From the IMG/VR virus record IMGVR_UViG_3300045988_019905: a DNA stretch of 64,000 nucleotides; one strand, 5' to 3'. How positions within the stretch are numbered: position 1 is the first letter of the stretch; each line of letters begins with the position of its first letter. Positions 49,581-58,608 of the stretch are shown in pieces. A model generated the notes under the pieces. It saw only the letters and a program-made list of their open reading frames with translations, had not been told where the DNA came from and ran no database searches. Source of the DNA: a virus. The position numbers and the translations under genes were made by a program.

Positions 49581-50909
49581 TTATTGATTATAACCAAAAT
49601 CTGTTTTACTTCCTTTTGGTTTACCGGAAGCCGGAGGTATTATGCGAGCTGTACGTTTGTTATTTTCTTTAGCTGTAAGTCGAAGCTTTTTAACTTCTTG
49701 GTCTTTAATAGCTAAATTAACTAAGTCAGCATAAGTTCCACCAGTGAATCGGAGATACGCACGAAGCAGTGAATCATCTCGTCTTTGTTCAGGAGTCATA
49801 GCAGCAAGTTCGTTAATATAACGACTATTTCCTTGTTCGTCTACTTGATAAACGTAATTAAAGAAATCATTAGGAGTAGCAGCTATCTTCTTTCCGTCTC
49901 TATTAATAATAATAGTTTCGGGAATCTCATAACCAGCTATCTTACGACTCTTAATAACTTCTTGGACACCGTTCCAATACTTATCGGATTCTTCTTGCTC
50001 TTTAGCAGCAGCTTCACGAGCTAATTGTGCTCTTTCTTCTTTAGCTGCATTGTCAGCATCAATAAGTCCTTGAAGTTCTTCTTGAGCAGTAGTAAATAGA
50101 GTACCCTTATCTTTAAGATATTGAATATACTCATTTACATTGCCACGTTTATTGAACTCTTTAAAACTTTCACGAATGATAGCTTCTTGTTGTGCTATAT
50201 TCTGTTCGTCAATCGTAATATTACTTCTGTCTTTAACTTCACCAAATCCATCAAGAGAATTGCCATTAGCAACATAGTAATTAATCACATCAGAAACGAT
50301 AGGATAACGTTCAAGAAGTTGATTAACACCAGCTTGAGCAAACTCTTCTTGGCGTTGTTCGATAACAGATTCAACATAAGCAGCAACTCCGGCAGGAGTA
50401 TTGTCAAATTCAACAGGCTTTCCATCTTCATCAACAATGTCTACACCAAGAGTGTCCTTAATTGCATCAATAGAAATTTCATTAGCTCCGTTATCTACTT
50501 CAAAACTTGCAATGAAATCTTTAACATCCTTAGCTTCTTTAAAGACATTACCGTCTTTATCAACTAAGTTACCATCTTTGTCAACGGTATAGCTATCTTC
50601 GCCAACTTCAATAGTAGTTCCCTCAACAAGCTCGACATCACCATTGCCGTCTCCATTACCATCACCACCATTACCATTGTCTACAGCGCCATTTCCACCG
50701 TTTCCATCACCTGTACCATTTGCTCCACCTTTGTTATTATTACCATCTCCATTATTATCTGGAGCAGCAGTAGTAATATCATCAGCAGAACCTGTACCAC
50801 CTGCACCGGCATTATCTAATCTGCCAGTATCCAAATCAGTTCCTTGTCCGCCAGCACCGCCATTATCAGCAGCTCCACCGCCAGCATTTCCATATCCAAA
50901 ATCAGGCAT
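49581..50909 (-). CDS. Scaffold-like or internal head protein (442 aa) with a G/N/D low-complexity N-terminus
   Basis: Seen: the N-terminal ~95 aa contain GNGDGNGGNG-type repeats. The C-terminal half is charged and coiled-coil-like (…AAKEERAQLAREAAAKEQEE…). The role is inferred from its position between the portal and capsid genes. Confidence 0.55.
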   Translation of the reverse strand: MPDFGYGNAGGGAADNGGAGGQGTDLDTGRLDNAGAGGTGSADDITTAAPDNNGDGNNNKGGANGTGDGNGGNGAVDNGNGGDGNGDGNGDVELVEGTTIEVGEDSYTVDKDGNLVDKDGNVFKEAKDVKDFIASFEVDNGANEISIDAIKDTLGVDIVDEDGKPVEFDNTPAGVAAYVESVIEQRQEEFAQAGVNQLLERYPIVSDVINYYVANGNSLDGFGEVKDRSNITIDEQNIAQQEAIIRESFKEFNKRGNVNEYIQYLKDKGTLFTTAQEELQGLIDADNAAKEERAQLAREAAAKEQEESDKYWNGVQEVIKSRKIAGYEIPETIIINRDGKKIAATPNDFFNYVYQVDEQGNSRYINELAAMTPEQRRDDSLLRAYLRFTGGTYADLVNLAIKDQEVKKLRLTAKENNKRTARIIPPASGKPKGSKTDFGYNQ

Positions 50910-50939
50910 ACGTCTATATGTTTATTAGTTATTACATGA

Positions 50940-50947
50940 CAAATATA
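50940..50947 (-). promoter_or_regulatory. Bacteroidota-type -7 promoter box TATATTTG upstream of the scaffold-like and capsid genes
   Basis: Seen: the minus strand reads TATATTTG, 31 nt upstream of the ATG at 50909 and at the end of a 355-nt gap. Established: the -7 consensus is TAnnTTTG. There is no convincing -33 TTTG. Confidence 0.35.
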
Positions 50948-51166
50948 ATTTTTATTTATACCTTATATAATAGCACGTTTCCGATAAGGACTACGAGCTG
51001 GATAAATTTGTTATCTATTTAATTACTGCCGGACTACCTGTACTCCAACTCACTATTAGCAAGACACACACGTAGACCTACATAGGTTGCCCACCATACG
51101 ACAAAAATAGTTACTGTGAACAATCTATCGAATCTAAGGCAAAAGCCCATACAGCTCGATTCTGTG

Positions 51167-51185
51167 CCCCGTAGAGGATGCAAAG
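51167..51185 (+). repeat. Copy of the GC-rich dispersed motif (intergenic)
   Basis: Seen: the plus strand reads CCCCGTAGAGGATGCAAAG, in the gap between the portal and scaffold-like genes. Confidence 0.8.
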
Positions 51186-51200
51186 ACTTGTCAATATAAA

Positions 51201-51239
51201 CGAAAAAGGCTACCACTACTTTCACAAGCAGCAATAGCC
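51201..51239 (-). terminator. Candidate intrinsic terminator after the portal gene
   Basis: Seen: the minus-sense sequence is GGCTATTGCTGC-ttgtgaaa-GTAGTGGTAGCC followed by TTTTTCGTTT. The outer 5 bp are Watson-Crick pairs. The inner stem needs G-U pairs, which are available only in the minus-sense RNA. Confidence 0.45.
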
Positions 51240-51265
51240 CATCCACCAACAGAAACGTAATTTAC

Positions 51266-53710
51266 TTATTTACTTTTAGATTTAGCAGCTTTCGGTCTAT
51301 CAAATCTATTCTTATTTTCTTTCGCAACTTTAAGTTTAACATTGCTATCATATATCTTAGCAGCAACTTCTTTATCTTTAGCATTAGCTTCAAGGTACAT
51401 CTTTTCACGTTCCATACCTATCTTCTGTTGTTCAAGATTATTAGATGCTTCTTGCATACGTTGTTCAGCAGCAGCTTTAGTTTGCTCACTAAGACCATTA
51501 TCAAAGCTCATAATATTAGCATTAGCCTTAATCATTTCTATCTCACTATCAAGATACTTTTCAAGTTCAAGAGTCTGTCTATCTTGGTCACCTTTAGCAG
51601 CAATCTTATCAAGTTCATATTGTTGAAGCATCTCTGCATTTTGAGCATCCATTTGCTTCATTTGTTCTTCGTGTTGTTGATTAAGTTCAGCAAGCTCATC
51701 AAGCATACGTTTAATTTCCGCAGAATTATCTCCTTCAATAGCAGCAGCGGCAATTCTCGTATCTCCATTTTGAGCAGCACTAAATGCAAGTTCACGATAC
51801 TGGTCAAGTTTATCTTTCTCGCGAGCAGAAAGTTTACACTTAATAACATAGTCTGCAAGAATATGACTATTGACATCAAGAGACATATAACGAATCTGAT
51901 TATTATTATCTCGATAAGACGTATTAAGACCGTCAATCCAAGCTAATTTAGAATAGTCAATATCTCTATTATAATCATGCTCTCGCATAATGTCAAACAT
52001 AAACTCTATAATAACACTACCCATAGAACCACGAATAATAGCTTCTTCGGTAGTACCTTTACCAGCAGATGTAGCAATCTCTCCATAACGTTGAGGAGTC
52101 ATATCTACTTGGTACATAGCTTTCTGTTCATTGGCATTAATAAGATTCGTAAGTTGAGTAATATAATCTCTTGTATCTGCGTTCAACATACGAGTCTGTG
52201 CCGCTTTAACCATACCGGTATCATCAGTATCATCAATATAAAGTACACCATCAGCTGCCATCTTATAGATAGTATCTTCTGGAACTTTACCAAGAAGAGA
52301 ACGAGCAACAAGAAGAACATTAAGTTTGTTCTTAGCAATAGCCATCTCTCTATGATAAGCAACTATATTACCAAATACTTGATAAGGCAACATAATGTCT
52401 ACAATACTGAATCTACCATAACCCGGAATAAGTTCCATAAGACCATTATAAGGAAGCTTACCATTACGGTTATAAGCAATAGGTCTGTACTTATAAGGAT
52501 AAACAGCTGTGTTACGAGTACCGATACGAACTGATTCATAAACCTGCGGTTCCCATACCCATTCAATACTAATATCACCAGCTTGAGGATTAAGAACATA
52601 ATTCTCATCAACTACTGTTTCAGTAATGAATCCATTAATTTGAGTTTGAAGAATACCACGTTTTACTTCACCTCTCCAAACAACGTGCCATACATCATAA
52701 AGACCACTATTAAGGTCACGAGCCATAGGTCTGTCATCTTTGAATCTCTTACGTTCTTCCGGAGTAAACTTAGAACAAACATCTTTATTATAAGAATAAT
52801 ATTTATCAAAGTTAAGAAGAGCACGTTCACTTCCACCGTTAACAGTATCACGAGCATAATAAGTATCTAAGAAAGCAATTTGGTCATCGTCAAGATAATC
52901 AGCAAATTCATCCATGATTTGTTGATAACTAAGTTTACGACGTTCAGCAAACATATCATAATCTTCAACAAGAACGCTATCGTTAGGTACAGGATAAGCA
53001 TCACGAACACTGACTACACGTTTGATAAGTTTAGTTCCAGCAATTTCAGTATATGTAAAACAGCGACCAAAGGAAACAAATTCAAAATAAGCTCTAATAT
53101 AAAGAGCCAAATCGTCAGTAAGGTCACGAATTACATTAAGTATTCTTTGTCCTTGAATGGTAATATCATCAATATAGTTCTCATTAAATTCCTTAATGAA
53201 AGCTTCAACATCTATTTCAGATGCAGGATTAAATTGAGCTGGGTCGTTACCACCATTTACAAATTCTTGATAAGCTCTTTGAATTTCAGCAGCAATAGCT
53301 TGTTCAGCAAGTCCCATTAGTTCTTGCGTAAGTTTCGCATCTTTGGCAAGAACCACTTCAGGATTATTAGCACCAACAATAAAGTCATGAGGATTCTTAA
53401 GATATTCACTAACATAACGTCTAATAACACCACCCATTAAATCATAATTACGCATCGTAGCAGGAAAACGTTTATATTTATCTTGAGTAGCATTATAAGG
53501 ATTAAGAGCTTTACGGTAATATTCTTCTGGTATATTACCATGAAGAATATCAAACTTTTCATCTACGTCAGCGTCCTCTTCTGAATCCCTAATAGATTGC
53601 GCAAGAGCAATCACACCATCACAACAGTTAGCATACCATTCAGGTTTTTGTCGTTCTTCATAGCTAACTCTTTGAGATGGAAATAAGTTTCTTGGAAACG
53701 GAAAATCCAT
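51266..53710 (-). CDS. Putative portal protein (814 aa)
   Basis: Seen: ATG at 53710 and an 814-aa ORF with a long C-terminal coiled or charged tail. Inference: it lies immediately downstream of the large terminase and its size is typical of crAss-like portals. Confidence 0.7.
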   Translation of the reverse strand: MDFPFPRNLFPSQRVSYEERQKPEWYANCCDGVIALAQSIRDSEEDADVDEKFDILHGNIPEEYYRKALNPYNATQDKYKRFPATMRNYDLMGGVIRRYVSEYLKNPHDFIVGANNPEVVLAKDAKLTQELMGLAEQAIAAEIQRAYQEFVNGGNDPAQFNPASEIDVEAFIKEFNENYIDDITIQGQRILNVIRDLTDDLALYIRAYFEFVSFGRCFTYTEIAGTKLIKRVVSVRDAYPVPNDSVLVEDYDMFAERRKLSYQQIMDEFADYLDDDQIAFLDTYYARDTVNGGSERALLNFDKYYSYNKDVCSKFTPEERKRFKDDRPMARDLNSGLYDVWHVVWRGEVKRGILQTQINGFITETVVDENYVLNPQAGDISIEWVWEPQVYESVRIGTRNTAVYPYKYRPIAYNRNGKLPYNGLMELIPGYGRFSIVDIMLPYQVFGNIVAYHREMAIAKNKLNVLLVARSLLGKVPEDTIYKMAADGVLYIDDTDDTGMVKAAQTRMLNADTRDYITQLTNLINANEQKAMYQVDMTPQRYGEIATSAGKGTTEEAIIRGSMGSVIIEFMFDIMREHDYNRDIDYSKLAWIDGLNTSYRDNNNQIRYMSLDVNSHILADYVIKCKLSAREKDKLDQYRELAFSAAQNGDTRIAAAAIEGDNSAEIKRMLDELAELNQQHEEQMKQMDAQNAEMLQQYELDKIAAKGDQDRQTLELEKYLDSEIEMIKANANIMSFDNGLSEQTKAAAEQRMQEASNNLEQQKIGMEREKMYLEANAKDKEVAAKIYDSNVKLKVAKENKNRFDRPKAAKSKSK

Positions 53711-53728
53711 ATTAATATTTGTATTAAA

Positions 53729-55978
53729 TTAAAACCATTCTCTTTCCATAATATCATTAGGGTTATCTGCATCTTCAAGTTTTTTACGACTTGATAATTC
53801 AATCTTACCCTTAACATCTATACTTTTCCAGTATATTCCTATCAATAACATTTCTGATAGTCGGTCAAAGTTACCCATAGGATTCCACTTTTTAATCTCC
53901 AATACGGCTTGGTAATCATATATACGTTCAAACATATATACTGTTTCACCATTAGCATCTTTACCAATAGGAGTCCAAAGAAACTCTTTAAATAGTCGTA
54001 GAGCGTCAAGTTTTCTTGTTCCTTCGGATATAATATAACCGTAAGTACTACTAACCTTTTCTTTTATATTAGCATCCCAAACATAAAGAGGTTCATGAGC
54101 AAGATAACGAAGCATTCTCCACTTCTTAAAGTTAGATACAGTTTCACCACGATTGACTTCTGGAATACCAGTACCAACAGCATTATACCATATACACAAC
54201 ATTAGAAATATATAATCAGCTTCTTCAAGTTTATCAGGACGACCATAATAAGCAGCGCAGACTTTAAGTTTAAATCCATTACGCTTGTTAGGCATTTCCC
54301 AAACATGAATACTATTATGAGAATGTTTATCAGTAATTTCGTTTTTATCTTTATCAATACCAACAGGGTCATAAGTCACAACATAAGTTCCTTGTTTAAT
54401 CTCACGAATACGTTTATCATTAACATAATATTCATCATATTCAGGAGCAAACCAAACTCTTACACAACCATGCGGGTCTTCATTACCTTTACGAGGAACA
54501 CCTTGAATCCAATCATAAACTTTAGCAGTAGGGTCTTCAGCTTTTATACGAGCATTACTTTTAAAAGTTACATGACCAGCTTCATTTCTAAATAGTTGTC
54601 CATCTACATAAAACTTGTAACTACTATCAACACGAAGTCTTTCTTCCCATTGATTAAATCTCTCACCAACAAAGATATTCTCACTTGCACTACTAAATGA
54701 TTCAGCAGGGAACAAAGCTCTTTGTCCAACATAACCAAGATAATCAGAGAAAGACTTAGCATCTTTTTTCTTCTTAGCTCGACCACGAGCAGCAAGTTTA
54801 AGACCTACTTCAATATCACTATTACCCCATTTATCAACACCATATTGTCCATCTATAACTCCCTCTATACCCCAAGCAAATGATTTAAAGAATCCGCAAA
54901 TCTCACCACGAGCATCTTTATCCCAAACATTTTCAAAAGGCATAAAATTATAAGCAAGAGGATTATAAAAGTTCTGTTCAAATATTTGCATATTAGTAGC
55001 AGTAGCAGTTCCCCAAGCAACTAACATACCGGTAGTAATATCACCAACAGTCATAGCAGGTTCAGTAACTTTCATAAAGTCATCAAAGTTCTGCATGGTA
55101 GACAGCTCTTCTACATTGACACCAACAGCATCTTTACCGATAGCACAGTCAGGGTCATTATTTGCAGATACACTAATGAGAGAACTTTGCCAACTATCTT
55201 CAGCTTCAACTCCATTAGGAAGCCTATATCCAAGACGAAAGTCTTCAACAGTAGGACTAAATATTCCTCTTTTAAAAGGAGTCTTTTCTTCATAGAATTT
55301 AAGATTAGCAACGGCAAAATCAGTAAGTCCACCTTTCTTAGTAAGATACTTTTTATCAGCAGCAACATTAATAAAGACTTTATGTTTTCTAAGGTTAACA
55401 GCATTACTTGCACGAGCAGCCATCATATAAGAAAAACCACCACGACGAGTCTTAACAATAATAAGATGGAAACCATTATTCTTAGCAAACTCAAGAACAT
55501 TATGTGTCCAGAATTGAGCATCTATAAAACGAGGAAAAGCATATTTCTTTTCAGCAGTAGTAACGTTCTTACCAACAACAAGAGTACTATCATCGGTAAG
55601 TTCCATACGTGTATAATTAAGATAGTTATAATAGTCACCACTTATATGAATATTCTCAATTTGACCATGTTCATTAAGCCAACAAGGAGCATCATATCCA
55701 TTCTTACGTCTATCACATTCACGACGACGAAGTTGTCTATGTGGAATACTATCAGGCTTATAATGAGTATATTTATTATCACGAATATAGGTATCAGCCA
55801 TAAATGTAAACTTATCTGTATGGACAAATCTACCAGGTCTAATATTCATAAGAAAACCACCACTATCACCTATAAGAAAATAATTATACGGGTCATAATA
55901 ACCAGCTTCAGTAGCAGTCTTATAACGACTCTTATCTTCTTCTATAAATTGTTTAAAAGGATATTCTTCTTTAGCCAT
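53729..55978 (-). CDS. terL: Terminase large subunit (749 aa)
   Basis: Seen: ...HLIIVKTRRGGFSYMMAA..., a K-x-R-x-x-G-x-S/T variant of the Walker A motif seen in many phage TerL proteins. It is followed by ...AVGVNVEELSTM..., which is Walker-B-like (hhhhEE), and by a C-terminal region with conserved acidic residues (…YVVTYDPVGIDKD…). It is adjacent to the portal gene. Established: this motif pattern and synteny are typical of phage large terminases. Confidence 0.8.
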   Translation of the reverse strand: MAKEEYPFKQFIEEDKSRYKTATEAGYYDPYNYFLIGDSGGFLMNIRPGRFVHTDKFTFMADTYIRDNKYTHYKPDSIPHRQLRRRECDRRKNGYDAPCWLNEHGQIENIHISGDYYNYLNYTRMELTDDSTLVVGKNVTTAEKKYAFPRFIDAQFWTHNVLEFAKNNGFHLIIVKTRRGGFSYMMAARASNAVNLRKHKVFINVAADKKYLTKKGGLTDFAVANLKFYEEKTPFKRGIFSPTVEDFRLGYRLPNGVEAEDSWQSSLISVSANNDPDCAIGKDAVGVNVEELSTMQNFDDFMKVTEPAMTVGDITTGMLVAWGTATATNMQIFEQNFYNPLAYNFMPFENVWDKDARGEICGFFKSFAWGIEGVIDGQYGVDKWGNSDIEVGLKLAARGRAKKKKDAKSFSDYLGYVGQRALFPAESFSSASENIFVGERFNQWEERLRVDSSYKFYVDGQLFRNEAGHVTFKSNARIKAEDPTAKVYDWIQGVPRKGNEDPHGCVRVWFAPEYDEYYVNDKRIREIKQGTYVVTYDPVGIDKDKNEITDKHSHNSIHVWEMPNKRNGFKLKVCAAYYGRPDKLEEADYIFLMLCIWYNAVGTGIPEVNRGETVSNFKKWRMLRYLAHEPLYVWDANIKEKVSSTYGYIISEGTRKLDALRLFKEFLWTPIGKDANGETVYMFERIYDYQAVLEIKKWNPMGNFDRLSEMLLIGIYWKSIDVKGKIELSSRKKLEDADNPNDIMEREWF

Positions 55979-55983
55979 AACAT

Positions 55984-56370
55984 CTACTTTAGCAATAGTG
56001 TCAATACAACAATGGCGACACTACCAATAGTAGCACCGCCTAATATCTTGTTTCTACGTTTGGTAGAATTAACTTGTTTTTGAAGTACTTGAACGTTGTT
56101 GTAACATTTTATAAGTTCGGCATTATAAATACTATCAAGAGTATGATATTTAAGTCTCTCAAGTCTAATGATAGTATCTTTAGCATTAATAATGTCAGGA
56201 CAATGTTTATGTTCAATCAACTTAACATTAGCTTTGCGAATTAAGTCGATACTGACAGTTACTTTCGTTGTGTCCCCCCGTAGGGGATGTGAAGCATCAC
56301 TCTGACACCAACCGCTCGAACAACTCAACAGAAGAGCTATCACTAAGAGCATTAGCTTCATTAATTTCAT
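55984..56370 (-). CDS. Lipoprotein-signal protein with a C-terminal transmembrane anchor (128 aa), spanin-like (u-spanin-type architecture)
   Basis: Seen: the track ORF starts at a TTG (56397). The first ATG at 56370 gives MKLMKLMLLVIALLLSC|SSGWC..., with a charged n-region, a hydrophobic core and an L-L-S-C lipobox. The C-terminus is ...RRNKILGGATIGSVAIVVLTLLLK, a transmembrane anchor. The gene overlaps the 3' end of the next ORF by 74 nt in another frame. Established: unimolecular spanins such as T1 gp11 combine a lipoprotein signal with a C-terminal transmembrane domain. Confidence 0.5.
   Translation of the reverse strand: MKLMKLMLLVIALLLSCSSGWCQSDASHPLRGDTTKVTVSIDLIRKANVKLIEHKHCPDIINAKDTIIRLERLKYHTLDSIYNAELIKCYNNVQVLQKQVNSTKRRNKILGGATIGSVAIVVLTLLLK
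56274..56294 (+). repeat. Copy of the GC-rich dispersed motif
   Basis: Seen: the plus strand reads CCCCCCGTAGGGGATGTGAAG. It is antisense within the spanin-like CDS, just after the signal peptide, and is translated ...DASHPLRGDTT..., a fourth reading context. The core CCCC-GTA-GGGG can form a mini-hairpin. Confidence 0.8.
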
Positions 56371-56575
56371 CTTTAATAGTATTTTTAATATGAACAATAG
56401 TACTATCTTTTTGAGTAATAACTAACTCAATAGAATCAATCCGAACTTTATTAATAACACTGTCTACATTTGTTAATTTAAGTTCGCTTCTACTACTTAT
56501 CTTGTTAATTATCACCACTTGTAGGCATAAGTTGATTATCGCCATAAACAACAACGTTATTAATAACTTCTTCAT
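56297..56575 (-). CDS. Type-II membrane protein with a periplasmic coiled region (92 aa), i-spanin-like
   Basis: Seen: ATG at 56575. The N-terminus MKKLLITLLFMAIINLCLQVVII is a transmembrane segment, followed by a charged helical region. It lies directly downstream of the endolysin. The role is inferred. Confidence 0.45.
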   Translation of the reverse strand: MKKLLITLLFMAIINLCLQVVIINKISSRSELKLTNVDSVINKVRIDSIELVITQKDSTIVHIKNTIKDEINEANALSDSSSVELFERLVSE

Positions 56576-56627
56576 GATTCTATTGATTAGTTAATTAATG
56601 ATTATCAGAAACCCGTATTTTAGCATA

Positions 56628-57044
56628 TCATTTTAGACTACTAAGAATGGTTTCAAGTCGAGCAGACCATTTACCATCAACTTCAACATTAACGACTCTT
56701 TGAGCCATTTTAATAGCAGCAATTTTACCTGTGTTCACACAAGAATCAAATAATTGTTCTGCAATAGCTTGACTTTTAAAATCATCAAGATTAAAGCAGT
56801 CCCAATAGTTCTTTTTATATAAGTCTTGAACAGCCTTTTCAAGCTGTGGAGTTTTCTTAGCAATAGAAGCAAAAGTCTTAGGATGATGTTTCTTTAAATC
56901 ATCTAATATAACCCAACCAACCCAATATGGATTAGCTTTACGAGAAACACCTTTATAGGTTTCTCCACCTGCATCATCAGGGTCATTTACATAACCTCCT
57001 TCTGCAACTTCAAGTTTCTTATATGCTTTAGCAAATTCAGCCAT
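56628..57044 (-). CDS. Endolysin, GH108-type lysozyme (138 aa)
   Basis: Seen: MAEFAKAYKKLEVAEGGYVNDPDDAGGETYKGVS... Established: E-G-G-Y-x-N-D-P-x-D-x-G-G-x-T-x-x-G is the hallmark N-terminal signature of glycoside hydrolase family 108 phage muramidases. No separate peptidoglycan-binding domain is apparent. Confidence 0.75.
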   Translation of the reverse strand: MAEFAKAYKKLEVAEGGYVNDPDDAGGETYKGVSRKANPYWVGWVILDDLKKHHPKTFASIAKKTPQLEKAVQDLYKKNYWDCFNLDDFKSQAIAEQLFDSCVNTGKIAAIKMAQRVVNVEVDGKWSARLETILSSLK

Positions 57045-57050
57045 AACTTA

Positions 57051-57287
57051 TTAATCTCCCCAAATAAAATAATAACCTTTTCTTTGAAATTGAGGTTTCT
57101 TTAGACCCTCATTACGATTACAAGTAACTCGTATTTCAGTACTTGTAGTGACAATAGATTCAGCAGCCCAATATGCGCTACCATATTCTTGTCGTTCACC
57201 AGTAGCAATATTAATACGAATAACTTTTCTTGGTCGACGATAGTTTTCATCGAATACTATCACTCGTTCAGTACTCTGTTTATCCAT
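57051..57287 (-). CDS. Small putative DNA-binding protein (78 aa) resembling the NUMOD/IENR-type domain associated with homing endonucleases
   Basis: Seen: ...VIRINIATGERQEYGSAYWAAESIVTTSTEIRVTCNRNEGLKKPQFQRKGYYFIWGD. This follows the pattern V/I..y....G.....y.S...AA......s...I..c......k...GY.F.W, which I associate with those domains. There is no nuclease domain. This is a pattern-level inference. Confidence 0.4.
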   Translation of the reverse strand: MDKQSTERVIVFDENYRRPRKVIRINIATGERQEYGSAYWAAESIVTTSTEIRVTCNRNEGLKKPQFQRKGYYFIWGD

Positions 57288-57601
57288 CCTCTTAAATACT
57301 TTATATTATTACCTTTAGCGGCTATATCATTATAATAACGAATACGCTCAAGTTTATATTTAGCAACAAAGAGTTCTCCACTCATTGTACTATCAGTACG
57401 AATAATCCTAAGACTATCTTGACATCTACGAAGTTCTTCTTTAAGATAAACAACTTCTTGAATAGTCATAGAATCAGGAATAGGAACATATCTAACTTCT
57501 TTTATAGGTCTTAATGATTTATCACTATCATCACATTTTACAACAGCGGTTATAATTAAACCTATAACACATCCTACTATAAAACACCAAAATATTTTCA
57601 T
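57260..57601 (-). CDS. Membrane-anchored coiled-coil protein (113 aa), candidate lysis accessory (holin, antiholin or spanin-like)
   Basis: Seen: ATG at 57601, overlapping the upstream stop by 1 nt. The N-terminal transmembrane segment is MKIFWCFIVGCVIGLIITAVV, followed by a charged helical region. The gene overlaps the next gene by 28 nt. Confidence 0.5.
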   Translation of the reverse strand: MKIFWCFIVGCVIGLIITAVVKCDDSDKSLRPIKEVRYVPIPDSMTIQEVVYLKEELRRCQDSLRIIRTDSTMSGELFVAKYKLERIRYYNDIAAKGNNIKYLRGWINRVLNE

Positions 57602-58605
57602 TATAAATCAAGTTTAAATTGTGTATTAACAGCACCAGCTTCAAGCTGCATACGTCTATCATTAAGTATTAGTTCAATTTCTTGTTTACGATACTGCATA
57701 ACATGGAATGTTGTTTTCTCTTTAGGATTCTCTTTAATATGATAGAGACCATCAGGAAAACGTTTAGGTTGTCCATATTCATTAAGTTCAAAGTCAGAAT
57801 CAATATGACAAAGCCACATCCCAATACAAGGAATACCAAGAATAAGTTCTACCATATAAGCATACATACTAAGTTGTAGATTGTAAACACTTCCATTACA
57901 ATTAGGAAGATTATTAACAGGAGGTAGAAGAAAGTCTTGTTTAGGAACCCATATATCTGTAGTTTGAGCTGGCTTTTGACTTTTATCTTTCTTGAAGTAA
58001 CCAGCCTCAAATTTAAGTCCGCCACGATTTGTTTTCCAATCACCAATCACAAACTTATCTTCTCGAAGAAGAAGAACGTCAATAGTACCACTAACAAGAA
58101 AGTCAATAAGAAACGTTCCAATCTCCGCATATATCTGATAACCATTAGCAGTATAACGTTGAAACACTTCATATATCTGTGGATACTTATTTTCAGTAAG
58201 TTCAATAAATTCAGATAAATCTAAGAGACGATAATTACCAAGAATAGTAGGTATATCAGCAACGGTAATCATTTCACCGATTTGACGAGCTTCAAGATAT
58301 TGAATAGCTTTCTTAAATTGACTTCCTCCTTTAATACCATCTTCAAGACCATTATGAGTATTAGAACCACGTTCACAAGCTTCGTCTTTAATAGTATCCC
58401 ACTGTTGTTCCAACTTCTTCTCTGATATGCCCAACTCTTTGGACTTCTTTCTCAACCAATAGCTCTTATCAAACTTAGGTTGATAATTATGAAGAATTGT
58501 AGTAGTGGATATATATCCATTACCTAAAGTATCTGTGTATTTATGTTGAGGCTCATCAAATACAAGACGTATATCATTATATCGTTTATCTCTTAGTTCT
58601 AACAT
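57601..58605 (-). CDS. PD-(D/E)XK family nuclease (334 aa), RecB/Cas4-like fold
   Basis: Seen: the N-terminus has ...EPQHKYTDTLGNGYISTTTIL..., the core has ...GTIDVLLLREDKFVIGDWKTN... (D ... D-x-K), and downstream is ...YNLQLSMYAYM... (Q-x-x-x-Y). Established: this motif order defines PD-(D/E)XK exonuclease domains. Confidence 0.6.
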   Translation of the reverse strand: MLELRDKRYNDIRLVFDEPQHKYTDTLGNGYISTTTILHNYQPKFDKSYWLRKKSKELGISEKKLEQQWDTIKDEACERGSNTHNGLEDGIKGGSQFKKAIQYLEARQIGEMITVADIPTILGNYRLLDLSEFIELTENKYPQIYEVFQRYTANGYQIYAEIGTFLIDFLVSGTIDVLLLREDKFVIGDWKTNRGGLKFEAGYFKKDKSQKPAQTTDIWVPKQDFLLPPVNNLPNCNGSVYNLQLSMYAYMVELILGIPCIGMWLCHIDSDFELNEYGQPKRFPDGLYHIKENPKEKTTFHVMQYRKQEIELILNDRRMQLEAGAVNTQFKLDL

Positions 58606-58608
58606 AAC

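Noticed and set aside
50644-50928. A Pro-rich 94-aa plus-strand ORF.
   Set aside because: It is the antisense reading of the GNGDGNG low-complexity N-terminus of the scaffold-like gene.
51034-51249. A 71-aa minus-strand ORF in the portal/scaffold gap, and more generally the recurrence of the peptide HPLRG in five track ORFs.
   Set aside because: HPLRG is just one reading of the GC-rich DNA motif (CATCCTCTACGGGGG). This ORF has a non-ATG start, is hydrophobic, and overlaps the terminator-like hairpin.
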